Made by a program: the position numbers and the translations under genes. DNA of 64,000 bases from contig CAJOFR010000001.1 of NCBI GenBank assembly GCA_905234195.1, positions 99,057-163,056 on the forward strand, given 5' to 3'. The first letter of the stretch is position 1. The number at the start of each line of letters is the position of its first letter. The notes below the pieces were generated by a model. It saw only the letters and a list, made by a program, of their open reading frames with translations. It was not told the DNA's origin and searched no databases. Origin of the DNA: an uncultured Selenomonadaceae bacterium. GTDB lineage: Bacteria; Bacillota; Negativicutes; Selenomonadales; Selenomonadaceae. Below are positions 56,922-64,000 of this stretch, in pieces.

Positions 56922-57956
56922 ATGGAAAATAAAATTTCGGAATTGCGGGCGGCTGCCGCTGAAGCGATAAACTCTGCCGCAACGAACTTGAAGGAGCTGG
57001 AAAATATCCGCGTAAAATTTTTGGGCAAGAAGGGCGAACTCACGACCCTCCTGCGCGGAATGAGTCAGCTTAGCGCGGAAGATCGTCCGCGTATCGGAAA
57101 AATTGTCAACGAGGCGCGCGCGCAGATTGAACAGCTTATCGCTGAAAAAAATTCCGAGCTTAAAGCAAAGGAACTTCAAAATAAAATCGCGTCCGAAAAA
57201 ATCGACGTGACATTGCCCGGGCGAAAAGTTCATTGCGGGCATTTGCACCCGCTGACTTTGACTTTGAATCGCGTCAAAGAAATTTTTATCGAGATGGGTT
57301 ACAGCGTTGAGGAAGGTCCCGAAGTCGAGACGGATTATTTTAATTTCGAGGCGTTGAATTTGCCGAAGGATCACCCCGCGCGCGATATGCAGGATTCGTT
57401 TTACATTACTGAAGAAATTTTGTTGCGGACGCAGACTTCACCGGTGCAGGCGCGGACGATGCAAAAAAATTCTTCCAACGCGCCGATTAGAATGATTGCG
57501 CCGGGCAGAGTTTATCGCCGTGACGATTATGACGCGTCGCATTCGCCTATGTTCACGCAGGTGGAAGGGCTGGTTATCGACGAAGGAATTACTTTCGCGG
57601 ATTTGAAAGGCACGCTGGATTATTTCTGCAAAAAAATGTTTGGCGACAGCGCGCAGATTCGTTTGCGCCCAAGTTTCTTCCCGTTCACGGAGCCGAGCAC
57701 TGAAGTCGATGTCTCCTGTGTCATGTGTCACGGCGCGAACGACACTTGCAAGGTATGTCACGGCAGCGGTTGGCTGGAAATTTTGGGAGCGGGAGAAGTT
57801 CACCCGAAGGTCTTGCAAATGAGCGGCTACGATCCCGAAAAAGTCAGCGGCTTTGCTTTTGGCATGGGTATTGAGAGAATTGCAATGTTGACTTACGGAA
57901 TTGATGACTTGAGATTATTTTTTGACAACGACACCAGATTTTTGAATCAGTTCTAA
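56922..57956 (+). CDS. pheS: Phenylalanine--tRNA ligase alpha subunit
   Basis: Class II motifs are present ([28 protein letters not shown]). ATG 56922 lies 8 nt after GGAGG. Track start 56907 overlaps the upstream stop. Confidence 0.93.
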   Translation: MENKISELRAAAAEAINSAATNLKELENIRVKFLGKKGELTTLLRGMSQLSAEDRPRIGKIVNEARAQIEQLIAEKNSELKAKELQNKIASEKIDVTLPGRKVHCGHLHPLTLTLNRVKEIFIEMGYSVEEGPEVETDYFNFEALNLPKDHPARDMQDSFYITEEILLRTQTSPVQARTMQKNSSNAPIRMIAPGRVYRRDDYDASHSPMFTQVEGLVIDEGITFADLKGTLDYFCKKMFGDSAQIRLRPSFFPFTEPSTEVDVSCVMCHGANDTCKVCHGSGWLEILGAGEVHPKVLQMSGYDPEKVSGFAFGMGIERIAMLTYGIDDLRLFFDNDTRFLNQF

Positions 57957-57957
57957 A

Positions 57958-58409
57958 ATGACGGAGAAAATAATTCACGGTGCACTGAACGATAGAAATG
58001 ATCCTACCGGCAGCCATCGCGAAAAGCACTCCGATTTATACTACGAAACTCGACGCAATTCAAAAAAAGAACCGTGGGTAAAAAAATTGCGGCGAACAGT
58101 GGAATGAATGAAAAATCTATTGGTAAAATTTTTGATCACGTTTTTATCAAAGAGCATAATATTCACGGCGAAATTCAGCGTTTTGATTCAAGTTATTACA
58201 TGTCAGAATCTTTTAGGCGGCTTTACGAAGGAAAAAATATTCTGCCGCACGATTTAATTTTGCTGAAACATGAAAGACTTGAAGCCGAATTAATGCAACG
58301 ATACGGCTACAATCAAAGCGATGCACACTTATTAGCGTCAACTAAGCATAATTATTCAGAGGCTTTAGATAAATGGAAAAAGGAGCGTGAATTTTATGGA
58401 GAGACTTGA
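57958..58409 (+). pseudogene. Small ORF (~150 aa if joined) broken by a -1 frame change at an A7 run; function unknown
   Basis: ATG 57958 lies 1 nt after the pheS stop, and that frame ends at TGA 58105-58107. The 111-aa track ORF (58074-58409) is in the -1 frame. The frames can be joined at A7 58080-58086 to give ...YYETRRNSKKEPWVKK/IAANSGMNEKSIGKIFDHVF.... Confidence 0.4.
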
Positions 58410-58632
58410 GCTTTTGGAAGTGAACGAAGATAAAGTCATCTACAAATACTATCCTGAAACTGAAAAAGAAAAATTTGGCGTTGTCTCGGTCAATCGCAAG
58501 ACCGGCGAGCGTAAAATTGAAAAATTGTTTGAAGGATACGGGACAGAGTATGCTTTTCACGCTCTTAGAAGGCTGGAACACTACATAAGCAAGGGCAGTT
58601 TTCCCGTCAGCGGCGGAACAGCTTGGTATTAA
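58396..58632 (+). CDS. Small ORF (78 aa), function unknown, overlapping the previous ORF by 14 nt
   Basis: ATG 58396 lies 10 nt after AAGGAG. The product starts MERLELLEVNEDKVIYKYYPETEKEKFGVVSVNRKTGE... and has no TM or signal peptide. Confidence 0.45.
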   Translation: MERLELLEVNEDKVIYKYYPETEKEKFGVVSVNRKTGERKIEKLFEGYGTEYAFHALRRLEHYISKGSFPVSGGTAWY

Positions 58633-58657
58633 AAATTTTTTGAAAGGAAATGAATAA

Positions 58658-61243
58658 ATGCAAGTATCAACAAAATGGTTGAAAGATTATCTCGAAATAA
58701 ATTGCTCGGCTGAAGAGCTGGCAGAAAAATTTACAATGGCAGGGGTTCCCGTAGAAAATGTTATCCGCGCGGGCGCAGGTCTCGAAAAAGTTGTGACGGG
58801 GCGCATTGAAAAATTGACGAAGCACCCCGATTCGGATCACCTGCTTGTTTGTCAAATGGACGTCGGCGAAGAAAATCTTCTGCAGATTGTGACCGGCGCG
58901 TCGAATGTCGCTGAAGGGCAGGTCGTTCCCGTCGCAAAAGTCGGCGCGAATTTACCTTGCGGCAAAAAAATTTCCAAAGGCAAGCTGCGCGGCGTCGTGT
59001 CGAACGGAATGCTTTGCTCTTCGGACGAACTGAATATAGAGGTTGAAAATCCTGTCAACGGGATTTACATTTTGCCGGAAGATACCCCCGTTGGAGTGCC
59101 CGCCGCTGAAATTTTGGGGCTCGACGACGATATTTTGGAGTTTGAACTTACGGCTAATCGCGGCGATTGTTTCAGCGTCTTTGGTCTGATTCGTGAAGCC
59201 GCCGTCCTCCTGAAAAAAAATCCCGCCTTCCCGAAAATCGAAGTCGACGAAAATGACGAACGTCAAGCCGCTGACTTAATCGAAATTAAAATCGACGCGC
59301 CGGATTTGTGCTCAAGATTTTCTGCGCGCGTTTTGACGGACGTTAAACTTTTTCCTTCGCCCGAATGGATGCAAAAACGTCTCGAAGGCGCGGGGATTCG
59401 CGCGATTAATAACGTCGTCGACGTCACGAATTTTGTCATGGTCGAACTCGGTCAGCCAATGCACGCTTACGATTACGAGGAGATTGCCGGAAAAGTTTTG
59501 AACGCACGCCGCGCAGATAAGGGCGAACAACTTCACACCCTCGACGATTCAAACAGGCTCGCGAAGGGCGGCGAACTCGTTATTGCCGACGCGGAAAAAG
59601 CGGCGGGTCTCGCGGGAATTATGGGCGGCTTTGAAACGGAGATTACCGAAAAAACTAAAACGGTTGTGCTTGAGGCGGCGTCTTTTAATCCCGCGTCGAT
59701 TCGTCGTACAAGCCGCGCCGTCGGTCTCCACTCTGAATCTTCCGGCAGATTTGAACGGGGCGTCAACGAAAAGGCAACCGTCACCGCACTCGACCGCGCC
59801 GCACAACTTTTGCAGGATATGGGCGCGTGCAAAGTCTGCAAGGGCATTGTCGACGTTTACCCCGCGCCGAAATCTGAAGTTAAAGTTCAATTCACCGCCA
59901 AGCAGATTAATGAGCGGCTCGGCACAAATCTTTCCGAAAAGGAGATTGTCGAAATTTTATCCGCGCTCGGTTTTAAGGTCGAGGAAATTTTTGACGCGGA
60001 AGAAAATATGGATCACGTCTTCGATAAAATTTCTTTCGCCGCGAAACATTTTGCCAAGTCCGCAAAAGAACTCGCGCAGAACTCCGAAGTTGACGACTTC
60101 GTTAAAAATATCGGGCAGTCCGTCGGCGAACTTATCAAGCGCAGTAATTCCGTTTCGTCGACGGCGTACGAGGCAACAGTTCCCGATTGGCGCAACGACG
60201 TCACGCTAATGGACGATTTGTCCGAGGAGGTCGCGCGCATTTACGGCTACGACAAAATTCCCGCGACGCTCCCGAAAGGTCAACAGCAGGGGCGTCAATC
60301 CCCCTCCCAAAATTTTATCGACAAGATTAAAAATATTTTGCGGGCGTCGGGAATGAACGAGGAAGTTTCTTTCGCGTTCACGAACGAGGAAACTTTCGAC
60401 AAGCTGCAAATTCCTGCCGACAGCGAATTACGCCGCGCCGTCCCGATTATGAATCCGCTGACCGAAGAATATCGCCTGCTCCGCACGACGCTGGTCGGTT
60501 CCATTCTTGAGAACGCCGCGCGAAATTTCAGCCGCAAAAATGAAGACGTAAAACTTTTTGAAATTGCTCCGGTGTTCTTCCCGAAAAATTTGCCCGTGAC
60601 CGAATTGCCGCAGGAAGTTCAAAAACTGGCCGGTCTTTTGATGGGGCGTCGTGAGCCTAAAGGTTGGGCGCAAAATTCTGCGGACGTCGACTTCTACGAC
60701 GCGAAAGGAATTGTCGAAGAACTTTTCGCGCAGCTGTCGATAAATAACTACACTGTCGAGCCCGGCGAACATTACGCGCTGCATCCCGGCAAGACTGCAA
60801 TTTTCAAAAAGGGACGCGAAATTTTGGCTACGGTCGGTGAAGTTCATCCCGCCGTTGCTGAAGCGTTCGGCGTCACGAAAAAAATCTTCCTCTTTGAATG
60901 TGACGTCGCCATGCTTATGAAATGCACCGCCAAAAAATTTAGCTTTGAGAGCCTCCCGAAATATCCGGCGATTACCCGCGATTTGGCGATTCTCGTTAAT
61001 CGTGACGTTGCCGCCGGAGAAATTGAAAAAGTTATCGTAAAATCTGCGGGGAATTTTTTCAATGGCGTTACTCTTTTTGACGTGTACACCGGCGACAGAA
61101 TTTCTAAAGATAAAAAAAGTTTGGCGTTCACGATTAAATTTCAGTCCGCCGAACGCACGCTCAAAGACGAGGAAGCTGACGAGGCTTTTAAAAATATCCT
61201 GAACGCCGTCGAAAAAACTTTCGCGGCTGAACTCAGAAGCTAA
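58658..61243 (+). CDS. pheT: Phenylalanine--tRNA ligase beta subunit (861 aa, with a ~55-aa insert)
   Basis: It has an N-terminal tRNA-binding OB domain (KHPDSDHLLVCQMDVG), B3/4 and B5 domains, VPDWRNDV...DLSEEVARIYGYDKIP and a C-terminal FDX-ACB domain. Confidence 0.93.
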   Translation: MQVSTKWLKDYLEINCSAEELAEKFTMAGVPVENVIRAGAGLEKVVTGRIEKLTKHPDSDHLLVCQMDVGEENLLQIVTGASNVAEGQVVPVAKVGANLPCGKKISKGKLRGVVSNGMLCSSDELNIEVENPVNGIYILPEDTPVGVPAAEILGLDDDILEFELTANRGDCFSVFGLIREAAVLLKKNPAFPKIEVDENDERQAADLIEIKIDAPDLCSRFSARVLTDVKLFPSPEWMQKRLEGAGIRAINNVVDVTNFVMVELGQPMHAYDYEEIAGKVLNARRADKGEQLHTLDDSNRLAKGGELVIADAEKAAGLAGIMGGFETEITEKTKTVVLEAASFNPASIRRTSRAVGLHSESSGRFERGVNEKATVTALDRAAQLLQDMGACKVCKGIVDVYPAPKSEVKVQFTAKQINERLGTNLSEKEIVEILSALGFKVEEIFDAEENMDHVFDKISFAAKHFAKSAKELAQNSEVDDFVKNIGQSVGELIKRSNSVSSTAYEATVPDWRNDVTLMDDLSEEVARIYGYDKIPATLPKGQQQGRQSPSQNFIDKIKNILRASGMNEEVSFAFTNEETFDKLQIPADSELRRAVPIMNPLTEEYRLLRTTLVGSILENAARNFSRKNEDVKLFEIAPVFFPKNLPVTELPQEVQKLAGLLMGRREPKGWAQNSADVDFYDAKGIVEELFAQLSINNYTVEPGEHYALHPGKTAIFKKGREILATVGEVHPAVAEAFGVTKKIFLFECDVAMLMKCTAKKFSFESLPKYPAITRDLAILVNRDVAAGEIEKVIVKSAGNFFNGVTLFDVYTGDRISKDKKSLAFTIKFQSAERTLKDEEADEAFKNILNAVEKTFAAELRS

Positions 61244-61246
61244 GAG

Positions 61247-61525
61247 GTGGTGAGTGAGTTGAAGGAAGATAATAAGCCGAGCGAACTTCAGCGCGTCAAG
61301 GTTAAGATTTTTGAAGAGGTTTACAATCTCAAAACTGATGATCCCGAAGGATTGTCGCAGCTGGTGCGCATAGTCGATACGAAGATGAAGGCTATCGCGC
61401 GGGACACACGAACTTTGGGGACGTATCGCATTGCCGTTTTGGCGGCGTTGAGAATAGCTGAAGATTACCTGCAACTCAAAAAGGATTATGACGAACTAAG
61501 AGACTTGCTCGGCGAAAATAAATGA
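61247..61525 (+). CDS. zapA: Cell division protein ZapA
   Basis: VKVKIFEEVYNLKTDD...IVDTKMKAI...IAVLAALRIAEDY matches the ZapA pattern and the gene follows pheT as in Firmicutes. The start is uncertain (GTG 61247 or TTG 61259). Confidence 0.7.
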   Translation: MVSELKEDNKPSELQRVKVKIFEEVYNLKTDDPEGLSQLVRIVDTKMKAIARDTRTLGTYRIAVLAALRIAEDYLQLKKDYDELRDLLGENK

Positions 61526-61543
61526 TGTAGCAAAAAAATTCCT

Positions 61544-61577
61544 ACTCCTCTTATTGACAAGAGGGGTTTTAATTTTT
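61544..61577 (+). terminator. Intrinsic terminator after zapA
   Basis: The stem ACTCCTCTT / AAGAGGGGT has a 6-nt loop and is followed by TTTTAATTTTT. Confidence 0.6.
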
Positions 61578-61624
61578 CGGCAGGATTATTTTTTTTAATT
61601 GCGAATTTAAAAGCGGGTGATTGT

Positions 61625-62251
61625 ATGATAGCTTTGATTGATTACGGCGTGGGGAATTTGTACAGCGTCGAAAAAGCATTGGCTGCCGTCGGCGGAAAAG
61701 TTTTGGTGACGAGCAACGCCGCCGATTTAAAACGCGCTGACAAGTTGGTTTTGCCGGGCGTCGGGGCGTTTGGTGACTGCATGAAAAATCTTGAGGCAAC
61801 CGGTCTGATTCCTACGATAATTGAACAAATTTTTATGAAGAAACCGATTTTGGGAATTTGTGTCGGCTTGCAGATTCTGTTTGAAAAAAGCGAAGAATCG
61901 CCGGAAATTAAGGGGCTGGGTGTTTTTAAGGGCGAAGTAAAAAAAATTCGCGCAGGTGGTTTAAAAATTCCTCACATGGGCTGGAACTCTGTTAAGGTCG
62001 GGCGAAAAAATTACCTCGTAAAATTTGGCGCGCCCAAACTTTTGGCGGGCTTGAGCAAGACGCCGTATTTTTATTTTGTTCACAGCTATCACGCCGTGCC
62101 CTCCAACGAAAATTTGGTGACTGCCACGACGGATTACGGCGAAGATGTTACGGCGGCGGTGGAGCTGGGAAATATTTTCGCGACGCAATTTCATCCGGAA
62201 AAGTCCGGCGACGTCGGCTTGCAGGTGCTGAAAAATTTTGTGGAGCTTTGA
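61625..62251 (+). CDS. hisH: Imidazole glycerol phosphate synthase, glutaminase subunit
   Basis: Motifs IALIDYGVGNL, LPGVGAF, the catalytic GICVGLQ and QFHPEKS are present. Confidence 0.9.
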   Translation: MIALIDYGVGNLYSVEKALAAVGGKVLVTSNAADLKRADKLVLPGVGAFGDCMKNLEATGLIPTIIEQIFMKKPILGICVGLQILFEKSEESPEIKGLGVFKGEVKKIRAGGLKIPHMGWNSVKVGRKNYLVKFGAPKLLAGLSKTPYFYFVHSYHAVPSNENLVTATTDYGEDVTAAVELGNIFATQFHPEKSGDVGLQVLKNFVEL

Positions 62252-62281
62252 AAATTTTTTGACTCGAAGGGAGCTGTTATC

Positions 62282-63004
62282 ATGTTAATTTTACCGGCAA
62301 TGGATATTTTGGGCGGCAAGTGTGTCCGTTTAACTCAAGGCGATTTCAAAAAAGAATATATGTATTCGAGCTACCCCGAAGAGACCGCGCTGGAATGGCA
62401 GGACGCCGGCGCAAAATTTCTTCACGTCGTTGACTTGGACGGCGCGAAGGAAGGTTCGCCTACAAATATTTTCACGATAAAAAGTATTTTGGACGCCGTG
62501 ACAATTCCTATCGAAGTCGGCGGCGGCATCCGCAACATGAATGATATTGACAACCTGCTTGATTTGGGCGTGAATCGTGTGATTATCGGCAGCGCGGCGG
62601 TGGAAAATCCGGAGTTTGTTCGCGAGGCGGCAAAAAATTTCGGCGACAGCATCGTTATCGGAATTGATTCGCGCGACGGAATTGTTGCGGTGCACGGCTG
62701 GAATGATTCCGGCGAAATGAAAGCTGACGAACTTGCCGCGCGCGTCGGTGACTACGGAGTTTCTACTGTCATTTGCACGGATATTTCACGCGACGGCATG
62801 CTCAACGGAATTAATCCGGAATATATCGCAGGCATTGCCGAAAAATCCGGCGTGTCGGTGATTGCGTCGGGCGGCGTGCATTCTCTTGACGATATTCGCG
62901 AGCTGAAGTCCCACGAAGATAAAGGAATTGTCGGCGTGGTTATCGGCAAGGCTCTTTACGAAGGCGTTATCGATTTGTCCGAAGCCCTCAAAATTAGTGA
63001 TTAG
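62282..63004 (+). CDS. hisA: ProFAR isomerase (HisA)
   Basis: Motifs ILPAMDILGGKCVRL, HVVDLDGA, IEVGGGIR and IASGGV are present. Confidence 0.9.
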   Translation: MLILPAMDILGGKCVRLTQGDFKKEYMYSSYPEETALEWQDAGAKFLHVVDLDGAKEGSPTNIFTIKSILDAVTIPIEVGGGIRNMNDIDNLLDLGVNRVIIGSAAVENPEFVREAAKNFGDSIVIGIDSRDGIVAVHGWNDSGEMKADELAARVGDYGVSTVICTDISRDGMLNGINPEYIAGIAEKSGVSVIASGGVHSLDDIRELKSHEDKGIVGVVIGKALYEGVIDLSEALKISD

Positions 63005-63019
63005 AGATTAGAGATTAAA
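62992..63019. repeat. GATTAGR heptad array (AATTAGT GATTAGA GATTAGA GATTAAA) that includes the hisA stop codon
   Basis: I read it directly. TAG occurs at 62995, 63002 (the hisA stop) and 63009, covering all three frames. Confidence 0.65.
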
Positions 63020-63039
63020 AAATTTTTAAGGTGAAAAAA

Positions 63040-63801
63040 TTGTTGACGAAAAGAATTATTCCCTGCCTTGACGTGAAGTCCGGGCGGGTTGTCAAGGGCA
63101 CAAATTTTGTCGGGCTGCGCGACGCCGGCGACCCCGTCGAACTGGCGAAACGCTACGACGAGGAGCGCGCCGACGAATTAGTTTTTCTGGATATAACGGC
63201 GTCCCACGAAGGGCGCGGTACAATGGTGGAGGTTGCAAAAAGTTGCGCGGCTCAAGTTTTTATTCCCTTCACTGTCGGCGGTGGTATTCGCACCGTTGAC
63301 GATATGCGAGTTATGCTGAAGGCGGGCGCGGATAAAATTTCCGTCAACAGCGCGGCGGTGAAAAATCCTTCCCTGATTTCGGAGGGCGCGAAAAAATTTG
63401 GCAGTCAGTGCATCGTTTTGGCTGTCGACGCAAAAAAGCGCGCAGATGATTCCGGCTGGGAAATTTACGTCAACGGCGGCAGAACTCCAACAGATTTAGA
63501 TTGCCTCGAATGGATTAGGAAGGGCGTCGCTTTAGGCGCGGGCGAAATTCTTTTGACGAGCATGGACGCTGACGGCACGAAGGACGGCTACGATATTGAT
63601 TTAACGCGCGCGGTTTCGGAGGCTGTTAATGTTCCGGTGATTGCGTCGGGCGGCGCGGGCGAACTGCATCATTTTCTGAAAGTTTTAATCGACGGCAAGG
63701 CGGACGCGGTTTTGGCGGCGTCGGTTTTTCATTACGGCAAGTACACTATCCGCCAAGTCAAAGAGTATCTCAAAAAACACGGCGTCGAAGTTCGTTTTTA
63801 G
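63040..63801 (+). CDS. hisF: Imidazole glycerol phosphate synthase, cyclase subunit
   Basis: Motifs [24 protein letters not shown] and ASGGAG are present. TTG 63040 gives the canonical [12 protein letters not shown] start, 6 nt after AAGGTG. The track start is GTG 63031. Confidence 0.92.
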   Translation: MLTKRIIPCLDVKSGRVVKGTNFVGLRDAGDPVELAKRYDEERADELVFLDITASHEGRGTMVEVAKSCAAQVFIPFTVGGGIRTVDDMRVMLKAGADKISVNSAAVKNPSLISEGAKKFGSQCIVLAVDAKKRADDSGWEIYVNGGRTPTDLDCLEWIRKGVALGAGEILLTSMDADGTKDGYDIDLTRAVSEAVNVPVIASGGAGELHHFLKVLIDGKADAVLAASVFHYGKYTIRQVKEYLKKHGVEVRF

Positions 63802-63832
63802 GGGGAAGATAAAATTTTGGGAGGGATTGTTA

Positions 63833-64000
63833 ATGACTTTTGAAGTTACTTTTAATGACGGGGACAGCAAAACCGTCGAACCTTTCATTTTTGGAAATAA
63901 ATGGAGTCGATTTTGAATGTGATGAAAATGATTTAATCGACGTAATTTTTTGCGTTGCAGATAATTCTATCTCTTACGAAGTGTTTGTTGATTGGTTGGA
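63833..64000 (+). other. Unknown small ORF at the window edge, with the reading frame apparently interrupted near a T5GG tract
   Basis: A strong RBS (GGGAGGG, 7 nt) precedes ATG 63833, which opens MTFEVTFNDGDSKTVEPFIFGNKWSRF*. The +1 frame then continues open to the window end (..EINGVDFECDENDLIDVIFCVADNSISYEVFVDWL). There is no hisIE here. Confidence 0.25.

Noticed and set aside
1-64000. CRISPR arrays, tRNA/rRNA genes, transposases, integrases and prophage blocks.
   Set aside because: I found no repeat-spacer periodicity, no tRNA-like cloverleaf candidates in any spacer over 100 nt, and no recombinase-like translations in the ORF track.

Overview
This is a densely coded 64-kb chromosomal segment with about 55 protein genes on both strands. 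I saw no rRNA, tRNA, CRISPR array, transposase or integrase. The gene content is mostly housekeeping and looks Firmicutes-like: ftsE(partial)-ftsX-M23 peptidase, mutS2, RNase J, dnaE, sucCD, a divergent treR / trehalose-PTS-treC regulon, an argJ..argB-argD-argF operon, two UvrA-family genes, rbgA, dedA, folE2/queE, priA, pheS/pheT-zapA and hisH-hisA-hisF. An LptD-like outer-membrane protein occurs together with a SCIFF (six-cysteine ranthipeptide precursor) gene. This suggests a diderm member of the Clostridia/Negativicutes radiation, which is an inference. The items most worth follow-up are: (1) a five-gene operon (27.3-31.6 kb, minus strand) encoding only signal-peptide proteins, all built from one repeated CsgG/LpoB-like module, none lipidated and with no recognisable partner genes; (2) a roughly 700-bp AT-richer insert splitting pheS from pheT, carrying a small ORF broken at an A7 run plus an overlapping 78-aa ORF, arranged like a toxin/immunity pair; (3) a protein-modification island (GT2-TPR, a 1150-aa TPR protein with two tandem GT41/SPINDLY-like domains, and a FliB-like lysine methylase) with no flagellin nearby; (4) a SCIFF precursor gene with no adjacent radical-SAM maturase; (5) a roughly 240-nt stand-alone structured RNA candidate with its own promoter and a strand-specific terminator; (6) short (GATTAGR)n heptad arrays at three gene ends that place stop codons in all frames on both strands; (7) two 839-aa UvrA homologues with complementary domain losses; (8) an M15 peptidase and a STAS-kinase fusion embedded in the arg operon. 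All family assignments come from my own reading of the translations. No database search was run.
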